64,000 bases of DNA from Flavobacteriales bacterium. Its GTDB lineage: Bacteria > Bacteroidota > Bacteroidia > Flavobacteriales_F > PHOS-HE28. The DNA is taken from the NCBI GenBank assembly GCA_020635715.1, contig JACJZG010000011.1, forward strand, positions 78,587 to 142,586. The letters are read 5' to 3'. Shown piece after piece: positions 34,754 to 45,600 of this stretch. Position 1 is the first letter of the stretch, and the number at the start of each line of letters is the position of its first letter. Below the pieces are notes generated by a model. That model saw only the letters and a program-made list of their open reading frames with translations, did not search any database and was not told the origin of the DNA. The position numbers and the translations under genes were made by a program.

Positions 34754-35905
34754 TTATGCCCGCAATACGTTCCTGCTGATCACCAGCTTCTGGATCTCGC
34801 TGGTCCCCTCGCCGATCGTGCAGAGTTTGCTGTCGCGGTAGAACTTCTCCACCGGGAAATCCTTCGTGTAGCCGTAGCCCCCGAAGATCTGCACGGCCTC
34901 GTTGCTGGCCCACACGCACACTTCGCTGGCGTAATACTTGGCCATGGCACCTGCGGTGGTCACCTTCTTGTTCTGGCCGGTGTTCTTGAAGTGGCTGGCT
35001 TGCTGGATCAGCAGCTCCGAGGCTTCGATGCGGGTGGCCATATCGGCCAGTTTGAAGGCGATGGCCTGGAAGTTGGCGATCGGTTGCCCGAATTGTTCAC
35101 GCTCTTTGGCGTACTTCACACTGGCGTCGTAGGCGCCTTTGGCGATGCCCAAGCTCAGCGCCGCGATGCTGATGCGGCCACCATCAAGGATCTTCATGGC
35201 CTGCTGGAAGCCTTCACCCTCCTTGCCAAGGATGTTCTCTTCGGGAACGCGGCAATCCTCGAAGATCACCTCGGCGGTTTCGCTGGCCCGCATACCCAGC
35301 TTGTTCTCCTTCTTTCCGGCCTTCATCCCCGGTGTTCCACGTTCGATCACGAAGGCGGTCATGCCTTTGCTGTCGCCCAGCTCGCCGGTGCGCACGATGG
35401 CCACCACCACATCACTGCTCTTGCCATGGGTTATCCAGCACTTGGTACCGTTCAGCACCCACTCCTTCCCTTCTTTGCGGGCGGTGCACTTCATGCGCAT
35501 CGCGTCGCTCCCCGTGTTGGGTTCGGTCAGCGCCCAGGCACCCAGCCATTCACCGGTGGCCAATTTGGTGAGCCACTTGGTCTTCTGCTCGTGGTTGCCG
35601 AAGTAGTTGATGTGCCCGGTGCAAAGGCTGTTGTGCGCGGCAACGCTCAGGCCGATGCTTCCACAGATGCGGGCCACCTCCACGATGGTCTCCACATACT
35701 CATGATAACCAAGGCCCGATCCGCCGTATTCCTCCGGCACGAACACACCCAGCATGCCCGCCGGACCGAAGTGTTTGGTGAAGAGTTCCTTGGGGAAGTG
35801 CTGGCTCTCGTCCCATTCCATCACGTTCGGGCGCACTTCACGTTCGCACAGGTCCCGCACGCTCTGTGCGATCATCGTCTGGTTCTCGGTCCGGGTGAAT
35901 TCCAT
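34754..35905 (-). CDS. Acyl-CoA dehydrogenase
   Basis: ATG 35905 gives MEFTRTENQTMIAQSVRDLCEREV. ALTEPNTGSD, GGYGYTKDFPVEKFYRDSKL and TIGEGTSEIQ blocks. Confidence 0.9.
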   Translation of the reverse strand: MEFTRTENQTMIAQSVRDLCEREVRPNVMEWDESQHFPKELFTKHFGPAGMLGVFVPEEYGGSGLGYHEYVETIVEVARICGSIGLSVAAHNSLCTGHINYFGNHEQKTKWLTKLATGEWLGAWALTEPNTGSDAMRMKCTARKEGKEWVLNGTKCWITHGKSSDVVVAIVRTGELGDSKGMTAFVIERGTPGMKAGKKENKLGMRASETAEVIFEDCRVPEENILGKEGEGFQQAMKILDGGRISIAALSLGIAKGAYDASVKYAKEREQFGQPIANFQAIAFKLADMATRIEASELLIQQASHFKNTGQNKKVTTAGAMAKYYASEVCVWASNEAVQIFGGYGYTKDFPVEKFYRDSKLCTIGEGTSEIQKLVISRNVLRA

Positions 35906-35928
35906 GTTCGTGCCAGCTGGTGGCGTGA

Positions 35929-36462
35929 TCAATACGTGACGAGACGCACCACCTCGGCTTCGTAGGGCTTCAGGCGGTCCGCTCCGTGGAGGAAGGAAAG
36001 TTCGATGAGGAAGCTGAAGGCGGTGACGACCCCACCCTGTTTACGGATCAGTTCGGCCGCAGCGGCGGCTGTTCCACCGGTGGCCAGCAGGTCGTCGTGC
36101 ACCATGACGTGCATGCCGGGTCGCACACTGTCCACGTGCATCTCCACCTCGGCGCTGCCGTATTCGAGGTCGTACTTGTGGCTCACGGTCTTCCAAGGCA
36201 ATTTCCCCTTTTTCCGCACGGTGACGAAAGGGATGTTCAAGGCCATGGCCAAGGGCATGCCGAAGAGGAAGCCACGGCTCTCGATACCCGCGATGGCATC
36301 GATGCGCTGATCGGCCAGTGCCAGGCGGAAGCCATCCAATGCGGCATTGCACAAGCTGGCATCCTCCAACACCGGGGTGATGTCGCGGAACAGGATGCCC
36401 GGCTTCGGAAAGTCCGGTACGGCACGGATGGCCCCTTTCAGCCTGTTCTCCAGATCGGTCAC
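35929..36462 (-). CDS. apt: Adenine phosphoribosyltransferase
   Basis: 177 aa. FPKPGILFRDITPVL and the VMVHDDLLATGGTA PRPP-binding motif. Confidence 0.92.
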   Translation of the reverse strand: MTDLENRLKGAIRAVPDFPKPGILFRDITPVLEDASLCNAALDGFRLALADQRIDAIAGIESRGFLFGMPLAMALNIPFVTVRKKGKLPWKTVSHKYDLEYGSAEVEMHVDSVRPGMHVMVHDDLLATGGTAAAAAELIRKQGGVVTAFSFLIELSFLHGADRLKPYEAEVVRLVTY

Positions 36463-37442
36463 TCCACGGATAGGTAGGGTGCAAGTTTACGGAAGACCTC
36501 CGCATCGACGGCCGCACAGCCCTGCAGATCGGTCAGTTGCTTGAAGGGTCCGTGCTGGGAACGATAGGCGATGATGGGTTTGGCGATCTTCCAGCGGACA
36601 TAGGGGTGCGCCGCCAGTTCTTCCACGGTGCACGTATTGATGGGGATACGCTTCACGGCGAGCGTGTCCAGGATCAGAAGCTGCTTCAACTTCAATACGG
36701 CATCGGGCTTGTCCTTGAGCACGTACACCTCACCAAGTTGGTCCAGGGAAACGAAACCACCGAGCAGGTCTCGGTACTTCACGATCCCTCGTGCGAATGC
36801 CGGGCCGATGCCGGGTAATGCGATCAAAGCCGCCGTATCAGCTGTGTTCACCTCGACCGATCGTGGCACTTGCGAGGCATACTGCGCTGGCTCCCGGATC
36901 ATTGGACCCGCTCGATCAGACCCATCTTCGACCTCATTCCTCCGTTCATCTCTACCGTTCACAGGCCGTTCATACCTCCTTGGTCCTTTTCCCGGCAACG
37001 AATCCGGCAACTGTATGTATGGCTCAAGCAGGGCGAATTGCTCCGGCCGAATGGAATACATCCGACCAAGGTCACGCTTGGTCCGGAAGTGTCCACCCTT
37101 GCTTTGGTAACGCTCGATCCCATCGACCTGCTTGTCCGTGAGCCCGAGTGCGCGCCAGTCCTCTCGATCGATCGCATTGGGATCGAAGGGAAAGAGGTTC
37201 AGCGGAACACTATCTCCCTGAATTGCCGATCGTGATGCGATCCAAGCTTCTATCCGCTTACGCTGGACCGAGAGGTCGAATTCCTCGGGGGGGCGCAACC
37301 ACTGCTCGTAGACCACCCATCCGGCCGATCCGATCAAGAGCACCATGAGCGCGAGCACACCGCGACGCTCCCCACGATGGAGATCGAACAGATCCTTGAC
37401 CCGTTCCCGGCGTTCAGCCCATTGCCGACGCTTGTGCTCCAT
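36459..37442 (-). CDS. ComEA-like helix-hairpin-helix DNA-binding membrane protein
   Basis: N-terminal TM helix (VLALMVLLIGSAGWVV) and repeated HhH units (VNTADTAALIALPGIGPAFARGIVKYR; INTCTVEELAAHPYV). 4-nt overlap with apt. Confidence 0.65.
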   Translation of the reverse strand: MEHKRRQWAERRERVKDLFDLHRGERRGVLALMVLLIGSAGWVVYEQWLRPPEEFDLSVQRKRIEAWIASRSAIQGDSVPLNLFPFDPNAIDREDWRALGLTDKQVDGIERYQSKGGHFRTKRDLGRMYSIRPEQFALLEPYIQLPDSLPGKGPRRYERPVNGRDERRNEVEDGSDRAGPMIREPAQYASQVPRSVEVNTADTAALIALPGIGPAFARGIVKYRDLLGGFVSLDQLGEVYVLKDKPDAVLKLKQLLILDTLAVKRIPINTCTVEELAAHPYVRWKIAKPIIAYRSQHGPFKQLTDLQGCAAVDAEVFRKLAPYLSVE

Positions 37443-37603
37443 GGATCACAGTGTTATGGTGACCTGGGAGCAGAAGGTCGTAGCGGACGATGATATAGGA
37501 AATGAATAGGCGATACATTTTCGTAGCACGGACTTCGGGACGTTACGTCACCAACCGTCCCACAAGTATAAGACACATCCGTTCGGAATAAGTCCGACCT
37601 GAA

Positions 37604-38512
37604 CTATCCCTCTATTGCCAGCTGCTCTCGAAGCACCTCCAGGCCTGCCTCGAATCCCCTTGGCGCATAACCCAGGTCCGTCCGCGCCTTGTCGAGTATG
37701 AAGCCGGTTCGAGGTGGTCGCTTGGCCGGCTGCCCCAGGGAATCGCTCTTCACGGCGGTAACCACCGAGGTGTCGAGTTGGAAGAACGCTCCCACACGTT
37801 CAACCAACTCCAGGATGCTCATGCCATCCGGGCCGCTGAGATGATAGATACCCGTGGCGCCCTTCTCGGCGATCCGGATACAACCATCGGCAAGGTCCTC
37901 GGCCAGGGTGGGCATGCGCCACTGATCATCGACCACCTTGATGGGCTGACCCTTCTCCAAGGCACCTTTGGCCCATAGGACGACGTTGCTCCTACTGAGG
38001 CCTTCAGCGATACCGTAAACGATGATGGTCCTGGCGATCGCCCACCGCGATAACCGGCTGTCGATCACGATCCGTTCGGCGTCCAGCTTGCTTTGGCCAT
38101 AGACGCTCAACGGAGCGGGCTCGTCCTCCTCCCGGTAAGGACCGTTCCCACCGTCGAAGATGAAGTCGGTGCTGAGGTGGATGAAGTGGGATCCATGGCG
38201 TTCGGCGGCCCGCACCAGGTGAGCGGTAGCGGTGACGTTCTGGAGTTGACAGGCGACGGGATCCAATTCGCAGGCATCCACGTTGGTCATCGCTGCCGTG
38301 TGCACCACGACCTCCGGCCTGAACCCATCGAAGACCGCATCTACCTCCCCCTGATCCGTGATGTCCAAAGCGCGGTACCGGGATCCAAGTGGATCCGGGC
38401 TTCGGTCCCCTCCCCTGCTGGTAGCCAGGAGATCGACGGTAACCTCGTTACGAAGCGCAGCAATGAGCTTTTGGCCCAACAAGCCATTGGAGCCGGTGAT
38501 CAGGATACGCAT
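37604..38512 (-). CDS. dTDP-4-dehydrorhamnose reductase family (RmlD-like SDR)
   Basis: 302 aa. MRILITGSNGLLG Rossmann start, HTAAMTNVDACE and YGQSKLDAE (YxxxK). Confidence 0.8.
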   Translation of the reverse strand: MRILITGSNGLLGQKLIAALRNEVTVDLLATSRGGDRSPDPLGSRYRALDITDQGEVDAVFDGFRPEVVVHTAAMTNVDACELDPVACQLQNVTATAHLVRAAERHGSHFIHLSTDFIFDGGNGPYREEDEPAPLSVYGQSKLDAERIVIDSRLSRWAIARTIIVYGIAEGLSRSNVVLWAKGALEKGQPIKVVDDQWRMPTLAEDLADGCIRIAEKGATGIYHLSGPDGMSILELVERVGAFFQLDTSVVTAVKSDSLGQPAKRPPRTGFILDKARTDLGYAPRGFEAGLEVLREQLAIEG

Positions 38513-38548
38513 CGAGGGCTAAGCTAACGGCCTGCGCCGCATGGTGCC

Positions 38549-38779
38549 TCACAACTCCCAGACCGTGCTCCGTTTGTGAAAGGGACGCTTGATATGCTCC
38601 TTGTGGGTCAGGACGAAGGCCATGATCAGGTAGACGACCAGGTGCATACCGGCCGTGATGAAGCTGAGGTAGATAAAGGACAGGCGTACCTGCTCCAGCT
38701 TGATGTTCAGCTTATGCGCCCACCACTCACAGACGCCGAAGGCCTGCCGCTCGAAATAGGTCTTTATGCGATCGATCAT
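38549..38779 (-). CDS. PspC domain-containing membrane protein
   Basis: ATG 38779 (MIDRIKTYFERQAFGVCEWWAHKLNIKLEQVRLSFIYLSF...) overlaps the upstream gene stop in an ATGA arrangement. Confidence 0.7.
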   Translation of the reverse strand: MIDRIKTYFERQAFGVCEWWAHKLNIKLEQVRLSFIYLSFITAGMHLVVYLIMAFVLTHKEHIKRPFHKRSTVWEL

Positions 38780-40188
38780 CTGCGCGGACCACTTGAAGCC
38801 ACCTGTTTGACGCTGGCGCGTAGCAGATGGTTGCCGATGGCGCAATTTAGGCAACGCCGCCGGGTACAATACTGATCCTTCAATTCCAGGAGCGCCTGCC
38901 CGCGGACCGCACGATCCGCCTTGACACCTAGGGAAGTCCAGCCGGCCACCACCGAGTTGCTCTCGGCCGGTAGGGATCGAAGCAGGTCCATGGCCTTGTC
39001 GACCTGCCGTTGATCACCGTGGAGCCGACCCATGGTGAACAGGACCGGGACCACAGCGTTGATGATCACGTGGTCGGCCCCGCTCCTGCCCAGCCGTTTC
39101 GGGCAGGGTGTGGCCGGTCGGTCGAACTGGAAATGATCGGTCCAATAGTCACTGGCGGTCACCTCGAGCAGTGCGCGGAGCTCCATGAGCGCACCCGTGT
39201 TCAAGAGGTCAAGAAGGGCACCTCGGCACCGCACCAGGACCTGGGCCATTTGGGCAATGCGTATGGTAGGGAAGTTCACCGGGCGCATGCGGCCGAACTT
39301 CCAGGAAGCCAGGGGAGCTGGGCGGAGCCCGTGCGAACGGGCGATATGGTGGTGCTCCTGCTGAAGGCCTCGTGGGTAGGCATCCACGAAGTCCACCTGC
39401 AACAGGCCTGCCTGACCGAAGAGCACGGCCTCGGTGCGGAACAGGTCCGCTGCGACCCGATGGATCACCCGCAGAGGCACGGCGTTGGCAAGCATCCCGA
39501 ACGGTTCCGCGTTCACCTTGAGCCCGAACGCACGGGCGAGCTGGTGGAAGAACAGGCACGCCAGGTCCCCGCGGAGGGAGGCGAGCTCACTCCGGAGCGT
39601 CTGCGCTCTGCGTTCCATCCGCTCCACGGCGAGCTGATCAAGCCACGAGGTCCAATGCTCAGCACCGATCCGGCCCAGCGCCCCTGCGCAAGGCACGAAA
39701 CCGCGTTCCTGCATCAGGCGTGCATGCGAGGTCAACAAGGCGGAATCGATACGCGCATGCAGCTCAAGCGTGGGGAGCAGCCTCCCTCGGGATGTCCGGA
39801 CCTCGGCATCGTGTTCATGGACCACGTGCAATACCACATTGTCGTAGGCCGGGTCGTACTGGTGTCCGTGGGCATTCCATTCGCTGCTGCGCGCGTGCAC
39901 TTCCACGGTACCAGCCCATAGCTGTCCATCAACACGTATCCGGGCGTCATGCAGATCGGGACCACTGTTCCGTTGGATGCGGCCGGGGTGCACCACTTCA
40001 ACGGTGCGTCGGTCGGTGGTCCTCAAGGCGTGCGTCTCAAAAAGACCTTCGGCCCAGATGAACTGCAGGAGATCCTCTCCGTACGGGAAGGTGGGCTCGA
40101 GGACCAGCGGCAAAGGGGCAGGTCCAAAGCCGCTGATCGATCGGATCGTTGGACCCATCGGTGGCAAACCTGTGAACGATGGTAGCAT
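38776..40188 (-). CDS. DUF2851 family protein (start uncertain)
   Basis: LLQFIWAEGLF ... GRIQRNSGPDLHDARIRVDGQLWAGTVEVHARSSEWNAHGH blocks are typical of DUF2851. The real start is probably downstream of 40188 (e.g. TTG before PLVLEPTFPYGEDLL). Confidence 0.72.
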   Translation of the reverse strand: MLPSFTGLPPMGPTIRSISGFGPAPLPLVLEPTFPYGEDLLQFIWAEGLFETHALRTTDRRTVEVVHPGRIQRNSGPDLHDARIRVDGQLWAGTVEVHARSSEWNAHGHQYDPAYDNVVLHVVHEHDAEVRTSRGRLLPTLELHARIDSALLTSHARLMQERGFVPCAGALGRIGAEHWTSWLDQLAVERMERRAQTLRSELASLRGDLACLFFHQLARAFGLKVNAEPFGMLANAVPLRVIHRVAADLFRTEAVLFGQAGLLQVDFVDAYPRGLQQEHHHIARSHGLRPAPLASWKFGRMRPVNFPTIRIAQMAQVLVRCRGALLDLLNTGALMELRALLEVTASDYWTDHFQFDRPATPCPKRLGRSGADHVIINAVVPVLFTMGRLHGDQRQVDKAMDLLRSLPAESNSVVAGWTSLGVKADRAVRGQALLELKDQYCTRRRCLNCAIGNHLLRASVKQVASSGPRR

Positions 40189-40258
40189 GGTTGGTGGCTG
40201 ACGGGTAAGCCGTCAACCCACGGACCATAAGATAATCCGCGGGCACCGCTCCCGCCGA

Positions 40259-41083
40259 TCAGACCAGCACTCCTGCTATCGCCTGTGCCATCTGTGCCTG
40301 CAGGGCCTGCGCTGCGGAACGCGCTGCCGGGATCGCATCCTGCCCACTTCCCGCGTAGAGGATGCCCCTGCTGCTGTTGATGAGCAAGCCGCCATCTGCG
40401 GTAAGGCCGGCACGTATCACAGCTGCCAGATCCCCGCCTTGGGCGCCCACCCCGGGCACGAGCAGGAAGTGGTCAGGCAGCGAGGCACGCAGCTCGGCGA
40501 GGACCTTTGGTCGGGTTGCCCCGACAACGAACATCAGGTCATCTGCCCGGCCCCAGGACGCGGTCCGTCGCATCACCGTTTCATACAAGGGTCGCCCATC
40601 CTCGGTGCGGATGAACTGCACGTCCTCGGCACCAGCGTTGCTCGTGACACCCAGAACGATCGCCCATTTACCGGTGCGCCCGAGGAAGGGAGTGATGCTG
40701 TCACGACCCATGTAGGGACTTAGGGTGATGGCATCCACATCGAGCCGGTCGAAGAACGCCTCGGCGTACTTGCGCGCGGTGTTTCCGATGTCGCCACGCT
40801 TGGCGTCGGCGATGATGAAATGGTCCCCCTTGCTCCGGATCACCCCGATCGTGGCTTCCAGGTCCAACCAGCCTTGGTCTCCTAGTGCCTCGTAGAACGC
40901 GAGGTTCAATTTGTAGGCGACCGTGTACGGGTGGGTCACTTCCACGATGGCCTCATTGAACGCACGGACGGGATGGCTTTCCGCACGGAAGTGCTCGGGC
41001 ACGAGGTGCTCTTCGGTGTCCAGTCCCACGCAGAGCAGGCTCCGTTTACGACGGATGAGCGCAACGAGTTCAGCGCGTGTCAC
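40259..41083 (-). CDS. pyrF: Orotidine-5'-phosphate decarboxylase (type 2)
   Basis: 274 aa. LCVGLDT, IIADAKRGDIGNT and LLVPGVGAQGG blocks. Confidence 0.88.
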   Translation of the reverse strand: MTRAELVALIRRKRSLLCVGLDTEEHLVPEHFRAESHPVRAFNEAIVEVTHPYTVAYKLNLAFYEALGDQGWLDLEATIGVIRSKGDHFIIADAKRGDIGNTARKYAEAFFDRLDVDAITLSPYMGRDSITPFLGRTGKWAIVLGVTSNAGAEDVQFIRTEDGRPLYETVMRRTASWGRADDLMFVVGATRPKVLAELRASLPDHFLLVPGVGAQGGDLAAVIRAGLTADGGLLINSSRGILYAGSGQDAIPAARSAAQALQAQMAQAIAGVLV

Positions 41084-41157
41084 GGGTACGAAGGTCCGAA
41101 GAGTTCAGCACAGGTACACAGGCTTCCTGGGTATTCAACACTCACGACCGGGATCGG

Positions 41158-42240
41158 TCAAAGACCGGCCTCGGCCTTCAGCTTCTCGGTACGTTCCGCG
41201 AGCTGCAGTGCATCGATCACCTCCTGGAGGTCGCCGTTCATCACCTGCGGCAGGTTATGCACGGTGAACTCGATGCGGTGGTCGGTCACCCGGCTCTGCG
41301 GGTAATTGTAGGTCCGGATCTTGGCGCTACGATCGCCACTGCTCACCTGGCTCTTCCGTTGAGCCGCGACCGCCGCCTCCTGTTCACGCACCTTGTCCTC
41401 GTACAACTTGGTGCGCAGCATCTGCATGGCCTTCATGCGGTTGCCGAGCTGGCTGCGCTCGGTCTGGCACATCACCACGAGGCCGGTGGGGATGTGGGTA
41501 AGGCGCACCTTGGTCTCCACCTTGTTCACGTTCTGGCCTCCCGCCCCGCCGCTCCGGGCGGTCTCCATCTTCACATCGCTCTCCTTCAACTCCACATCGG
41601 TCTCTTCCGCCTCGGGAAGTACGTTCACCGTGGCGGCACTGGTGTGGATGCGACCACTGGCCTCGGTGGCGGGCACGCGTTGGACCCGATGCACCCCGGC
41701 CTCGAACTTGAGCACGCCGTAGGCACCATCGCCGATCACGTTGAACACCACCTCCTTGTAGCCCCCCACCGTACCCTCGCTCACATCGGCCACCTCCACC
41801 TTCCAACCGCGGCTTTCGCAGTATCGGGTGTACATCCGGTAAAGGTCGCCGGCGAACAGGCTGGCCTCATCGCCGCCCGTTCCCGCCCTCACCTCCACGG
41901 TGCAGTTCCGAGCGTCGTTCGGATCCTTCGGCACCAGCATCAACCGCACCTCCTCCGCCATCGCCTCGATCGCGTCCCGGCTCTCATCACGCTCGGCACG
42001 CGCCATCTCGAGGATGTCCGGATCTTTCTCCGAACGCAGGAGCTCCTCCGCACCGCCCAGGTCATCGTGCAGCTTCCTGAAGCGATGGTACACCGTGATG
42101 ATCGGTTCCAGATCGCGGTAGGTGCGGTTCAATTCGACGAAACGCTTCTGATCGGCGATGACGCTCGGATCAGCGAGTTGTTTCCCGATCTCCTCGCGAC
42201 GATCGAAGAGGGCGGAGAGCTTGGACAGCAGGTCGGACAT
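41158..42240 (-). CDS. prfA: Peptide chain release factor 1
   Basis: 360 aa. RVPATE (PxT-type) and [14 protein letters not shown] (GGQ) motifs. Uninterrupted frame. Confidence 0.95.
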   Translation of the reverse strand: MSDLLSKLSALFDRREEIGKQLADPSVIADQKRFVELNRTYRDLEPIITVYHRFRKLHDDLGGAEELLRSEKDPDILEMARAERDESRDAIEAMAEEVRLMLVPKDPNDARNCTVEVRAGTGGDEASLFAGDLYRMYTRYCESRGWKVEVADVSEGTVGGYKEVVFNVIGDGAYGVLKFEAGVHRVQRVPATEASGRIHTSAATVNVLPEAEETDVELKESDVKMETARSGGAGGQNVNKVETKVRLTHIPTGLVVMCQTERSQLGNRMKAMQMLRTKLYEDKVREQEAAVAAQRKSQVSSGDRSAKIRTYNYPQSRVTDHRIEFTVHNLPQVMNGDLQEVIDALQLAERTEKLKAEAGL

Positions 42241-42286
42241 GGGATGGTGACCGGATGGTCGTATGAACGCCGATGCGCAGGCCGGC

Positions 42287-43456
42287 TCAGGAGTAGGTGA
42301 AGATGCCGTATGGGCTGGTGAGCGCGACCTCTCTGGCAGGCGCCGATTCCACCCGGCCGATCACCCTGGCCTCGATGCCGAAGTTCGCGGAAATGGCGAT
42401 GATCTCCTGCGCACGGGCCGGGGGAACATAGAACTCCAGCCGGTGCCCCATGTTGAAGACCTTGTACATCTCCTTCCAACCGGTACCGCTCATGCGCTGT
42501 ATGGCTTCGAACAACGGCGGTACCGGCAGCAGATCATCCTTGATCACGCGCAGGCCATCGATGAAGTGCAACACCTTGGTCTGCGCTCCACCGCTGCAAT
42601 GCACCATGCCGTGCACTTCACCACGCATTCTTGCGAGCACTTCCTTCACCACGGGGGCGTATGTCCGTGTGGGCGAGAGGACGGCCTTTCCGAAGTCCAG
42701 TGGGGTGCCGGGCAGCGGATCCGTGAGATCGGCCTGTCCGGAGTAAACGAGGTCCGCCGGGGTTCCGGGATCAAAGGTCTCGGGGAACTCCACGGCCAGG
42801 GCCTTGGCGAACACATCGTGACGCGCACTGGTAAGGCCATTGCTGCCCATACCCGCGTTGTATTCCTGCTCGTACGTCGCCTGTCCGTAACTGGCCAGGG
42901 CCACGATCACATCGCCGGCCCGTATCCGTGCATTATCGATCACCTGGTCGCGGCGCATCCGACAGACCACTGTGCTGTCGACGATCACCGTCCGGACCAG
43001 GTCCCCGACATCGGCTGTTTCGCCGCCGGTGCTGTGGATGCCGACCCCCAGGTCGCGCATGCGCTGCAGGAAGTCCTCCGTGCCTTCGATGAGCGCAGCG
43101 ATGACCTCACCGGGCACCAGGCGCTTGTTCCGACCGATGGTGCTGCTCAGCAGGATCCCGTCCGTGGCTCCCACGCAGAGCAGATCATCCAGGTTCATGA
43201 CGATGGCATCCTGGGCGATGCCATGCCATACGGAGCTGTCACCAGTGCGCTTCCAATAGGCATAGGCCAGCGCGCTCTTCGTGCCAGCGCCATCGGCATG
43301 CATCACGATGCAGTGGTCCGGATCGCCGGTAAGGCCGTCGGCGACCACCTTGCAAAAGGCCTTCGGGAACAGCCCCTTGTCAAGACCGGCGATGGCCTTG
43401 TGCACATCCTCCTTCCCTGAGGAGACGCCGCGTTGCGCGTAGCGGTCGGTGTTCAT
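42287..43456 (-). CDS. purM: AIR synthase (phosphoribosylformylglycinamidine cyclo-ligase, long Bacteroidota form)
   Basis: ATG 43456 gives [30 protein letters not shown] and HCSGGAQTK blocks. Confidence 0.82.
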   Translation of the reverse strand: MNTDRYAQRGVSSGKEDVHKAIAGLDKGLFPKAFCKVVADGLTGDPDHCIVMHADGAGTKSALAYAYWKRTGDSSVWHGIAQDAIVMNLDDLLCVGATDGILLSSTIGRNKRLVPGEVIAALIEGTEDFLQRMRDLGVGIHSTGGETADVGDLVRTVIVDSTVVCRMRRDQVIDNARIRAGDVIVALASYGQATYEQEYNAGMGSNGLTSARHDVFAKALAVEFPETFDPGTPADLVYSGQADLTDPLPGTPLDFGKAVLSPTRTYAPVVKEVLARMRGEVHGMVHCSGGAQTKVLHFIDGLRVIKDDLLPVPPLFEAIQRMSGTGWKEMYKVFNMGHRLEFYVPPARAQEIIAISANFGIEARVIGRVESAPAREVALTSPYGIFTYS

Positions 43457-43513
43457 GGTATCAAATGGAAGAGCATCCACCAAGGGCGGATGCTCTTCCG
43501 TTCAATGCGAGAG

Positions 43514-45496
43514 CTAATTGGCCTTCGGCACGTAGTCGTAACCCAGTACCTTGAAGTCCGTACGGCGGTTCCGTTGGTGTGCAGCCTCCTGCTCCTCCTT
43601 GGTCGCCATCTTCTTGATCACGTCCATGGTGATGACAGGCTCCTCGGCACCACGACCGACAGGCACGAGACGGGCCGGGTCGATACCGCGCTGGATCAGG
43701 TAGTTCACGCAGCTCTGAGCGCGCAGCTGGCTCAGTTCCATGTTCCCCCCTTTGTATCGGCGGGTCGGGCGCGCATCCGTGTGCGAACGGAGCTCGACCA
43801 CCAGGGTCGGGTTGTCCACCAAGGTCTGGTAGGCGAGTTCAAGTGAATCCTTGCTCGCATCCAGCAGGTCGAACTTGTCCACTTCGTAGATCACGCTGGG
43901 CAGGTTCACCACACCACCTTTCGCAGCGGGTTGCAGGAAGTACTCCTTCACGAACGTGGTGCTCTCCTGCAGGTTCACGGTGGTCACCTGATCCTTCACC
44001 ACCAGGTAACCCTCCTTCTCGGCAAGGATGCTGTACGTTGTGTTCTCCTTGATATAGCGGTCCTTGCCGTTCTCGATGAAGGTGAATCCACCGTTGTCAT
44101 CGGTGATCGCACTGAAGTTGCTGCCGTTGGTACCCACCACGCTGATCTTGGTGCCGGGCAACGGCTGTCCGGTAGCCTTGTCGTAGGCGGTGCCCTGCAG
44201 ACCGAACACCAGGTCCGGCAGGTAGAAGCGCCAGATGTCGTCCTGACCCTTGCCCCCCGGACGGTTGCTGGTGAAGAACCCGCGCTCCTCTTCATCCTCG
44301 AACACGATCCCGAAGTCATCCGAGGAGCTGTTGATCGGGGACTTGAGGTTCTCGATGGCGGTCCAGGTCTCTCCGGATTTCTCTGCGTGGAAGATGTCCA
44401 TGCCACCCATGCCCGGACGGCCGGTGGACGAGAAATAGAGGCTGCCATCGTGACGGATGAAGGGGAACATCTCATCCTTCGGGGTATTCACTTCACCCAG
44501 GTTCACCGGTGCACCAGTGGGCATGCCATCCTTGTTCAACTTCACCATATACAGGTCCTTGCCGCCTTTATGGCCGGGCCACTTCATATCGCTGGCGAAG
44601 ACCAGCATCGTCTCGTCCTTGTCCAAGGCTGGGTGCCCGATGGTGATGGTATCGTTCTTGTCCGGACGCAGGGCCAGCTTCACCGGCTCGGCGTAGTTGT
44701 TACCCACCTTCTTGCTCACCCAGATGTCGCAGCCGTACACCTTCTTCTTCTCCATCGGGCAGCGCGTGAAGTACATCATGGTGCGCTTGCTGTTGAAGAT
44801 GGGGGCACCCTCGTTGCCATCCGTATTGATGGAAATGGGCAATTTGGTCGGTTCGCTCCACTTTCCAAGTCGATCGCGGCTGCTGGTGAACAGGTCGCTG
44901 AAGCTCTCCCCGATGATCTGGTCGGTCTCGGTGCCGGTCGACCCCGGGCGGGTACTGGTGAAGACCACCATTTCGTTCTTCTTATCGGCGAACGCGGGCG
45001 TGAAATCGTACTGCTGGGTGTTGAGCAGCACTTCCGGGTCCACGCTGTAGCGGGTCGGGGAATCCTTCCAGGCCTGCGCCTGCTGGCATTCCGCGATGCT
45101 TGCATCGGCCCGCACGTCCCCTGGTTTCTTCTCCTTGAAGCGGTTGTATGCCGCGATGGCGTCAGCATACTTCCCTTCCTGTTTCAGCATATCGCCGATG
45201 TACAGGTAGGTGATCGGATCGGTGTACTGCGCCTTGTTCGCCTTTTCGTACCAGACCGCGGCCTGTTGCGCATCGCCCAACGCCTTGTAGGCTTCGCCCA
45301 CCTTGAAGATCAATTCGGCCTTGGTGCTGGCCTTCTTCTCCACGGTGTAAGCCTTCTTGTACAACTCGATGGCGTTGAAGTAGAAGCCCTTCTTGAACGC
45401 ATCATCCGCTTCTTCCGCCAGCTTCCCTTGGGCAGCTGCCGTACTAACGAACAGGATGCTGACGAACAGGCTTGCAAGGAGTTTCCTTGATGTCAT
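43514..45496 (-). CDS. OmpA-family protein with TPR and TolB-like beta-propeller regions
   Basis: ATG 45496 gives the signal peptide MTSRKLLASLFVSILFVSTAAAQ. TPR-like N-terminus, and a C-terminal OmpA domain (VELRSHTDARPTRRYKGGNMELSQLRAQSCVNYLIQRGIDPARL). Confidence 0.8.
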   Translation of the reverse strand: MTSRKLLASLFVSILFVSTAAAQGKLAEEADDAFKKGFYFNAIELYKKAYTVEKKASTKAELIFKVGEAYKALGDAQQAAVWYEKANKAQYTDPITYLYIGDMLKQEGKYADAIAAYNRFKEKKPGDVRADASIAECQQAQAWKDSPTRYSVDPEVLLNTQQYDFTPAFADKKNEMVVFTSTRPGSTGTETDQIIGESFSDLFTSSRDRLGKWSEPTKLPISINTDGNEGAPIFNSKRTMMYFTRCPMEKKKVYGCDIWVSKKVGNNYAEPVKLALRPDKNDTITIGHPALDKDETMLVFASDMKWPGHKGGKDLYMVKLNKDGMPTGAPVNLGEVNTPKDEMFPFIRHDGSLYFSSTGRPGMGGMDIFHAEKSGETWTAIENLKSPINSSSDDFGIVFEDEEERGFFTSNRPGGKGQDDIWRFYLPDLVFGLQGTAYDKATGQPLPGTKISVVGTNGSNFSAITDDNGGFTFIENGKDRYIKENTTYSILAEKEGYLVVKDQVTTVNLQESTTFVKEYFLQPAAKGGVVNLPSVIYEVDKFDLLDASKDSLELAYQTLVDNPTLVVELRSHTDARPTRRYKGGNMELSQLRAQSCVNYLIQRGIDPARLVPVGRGAEEPVITMDVIKKMATKEEQEAAHQRNRRTDFKVLGYDYVPKAN

Positions 45497-45600
45497 CACG
45501 TACGTGTGGGTGAGTCGGGTTTTCCGGTTCCGGGCGAAGATAAGCAGATCCCGAAATGGCAAGCACCGACTTTTTCAAGGGGGATCCGCCCCGTTCGGCC

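Noticed and set aside
41158-42240. Possible programmed frameshift in a release-factor gene.
   Set aside because: This is RF1 (PxT-type tripeptide plus GGQ) in one uninterrupted 360-codon frame. The known +1 programmed shift belongs to prfB (RF2).
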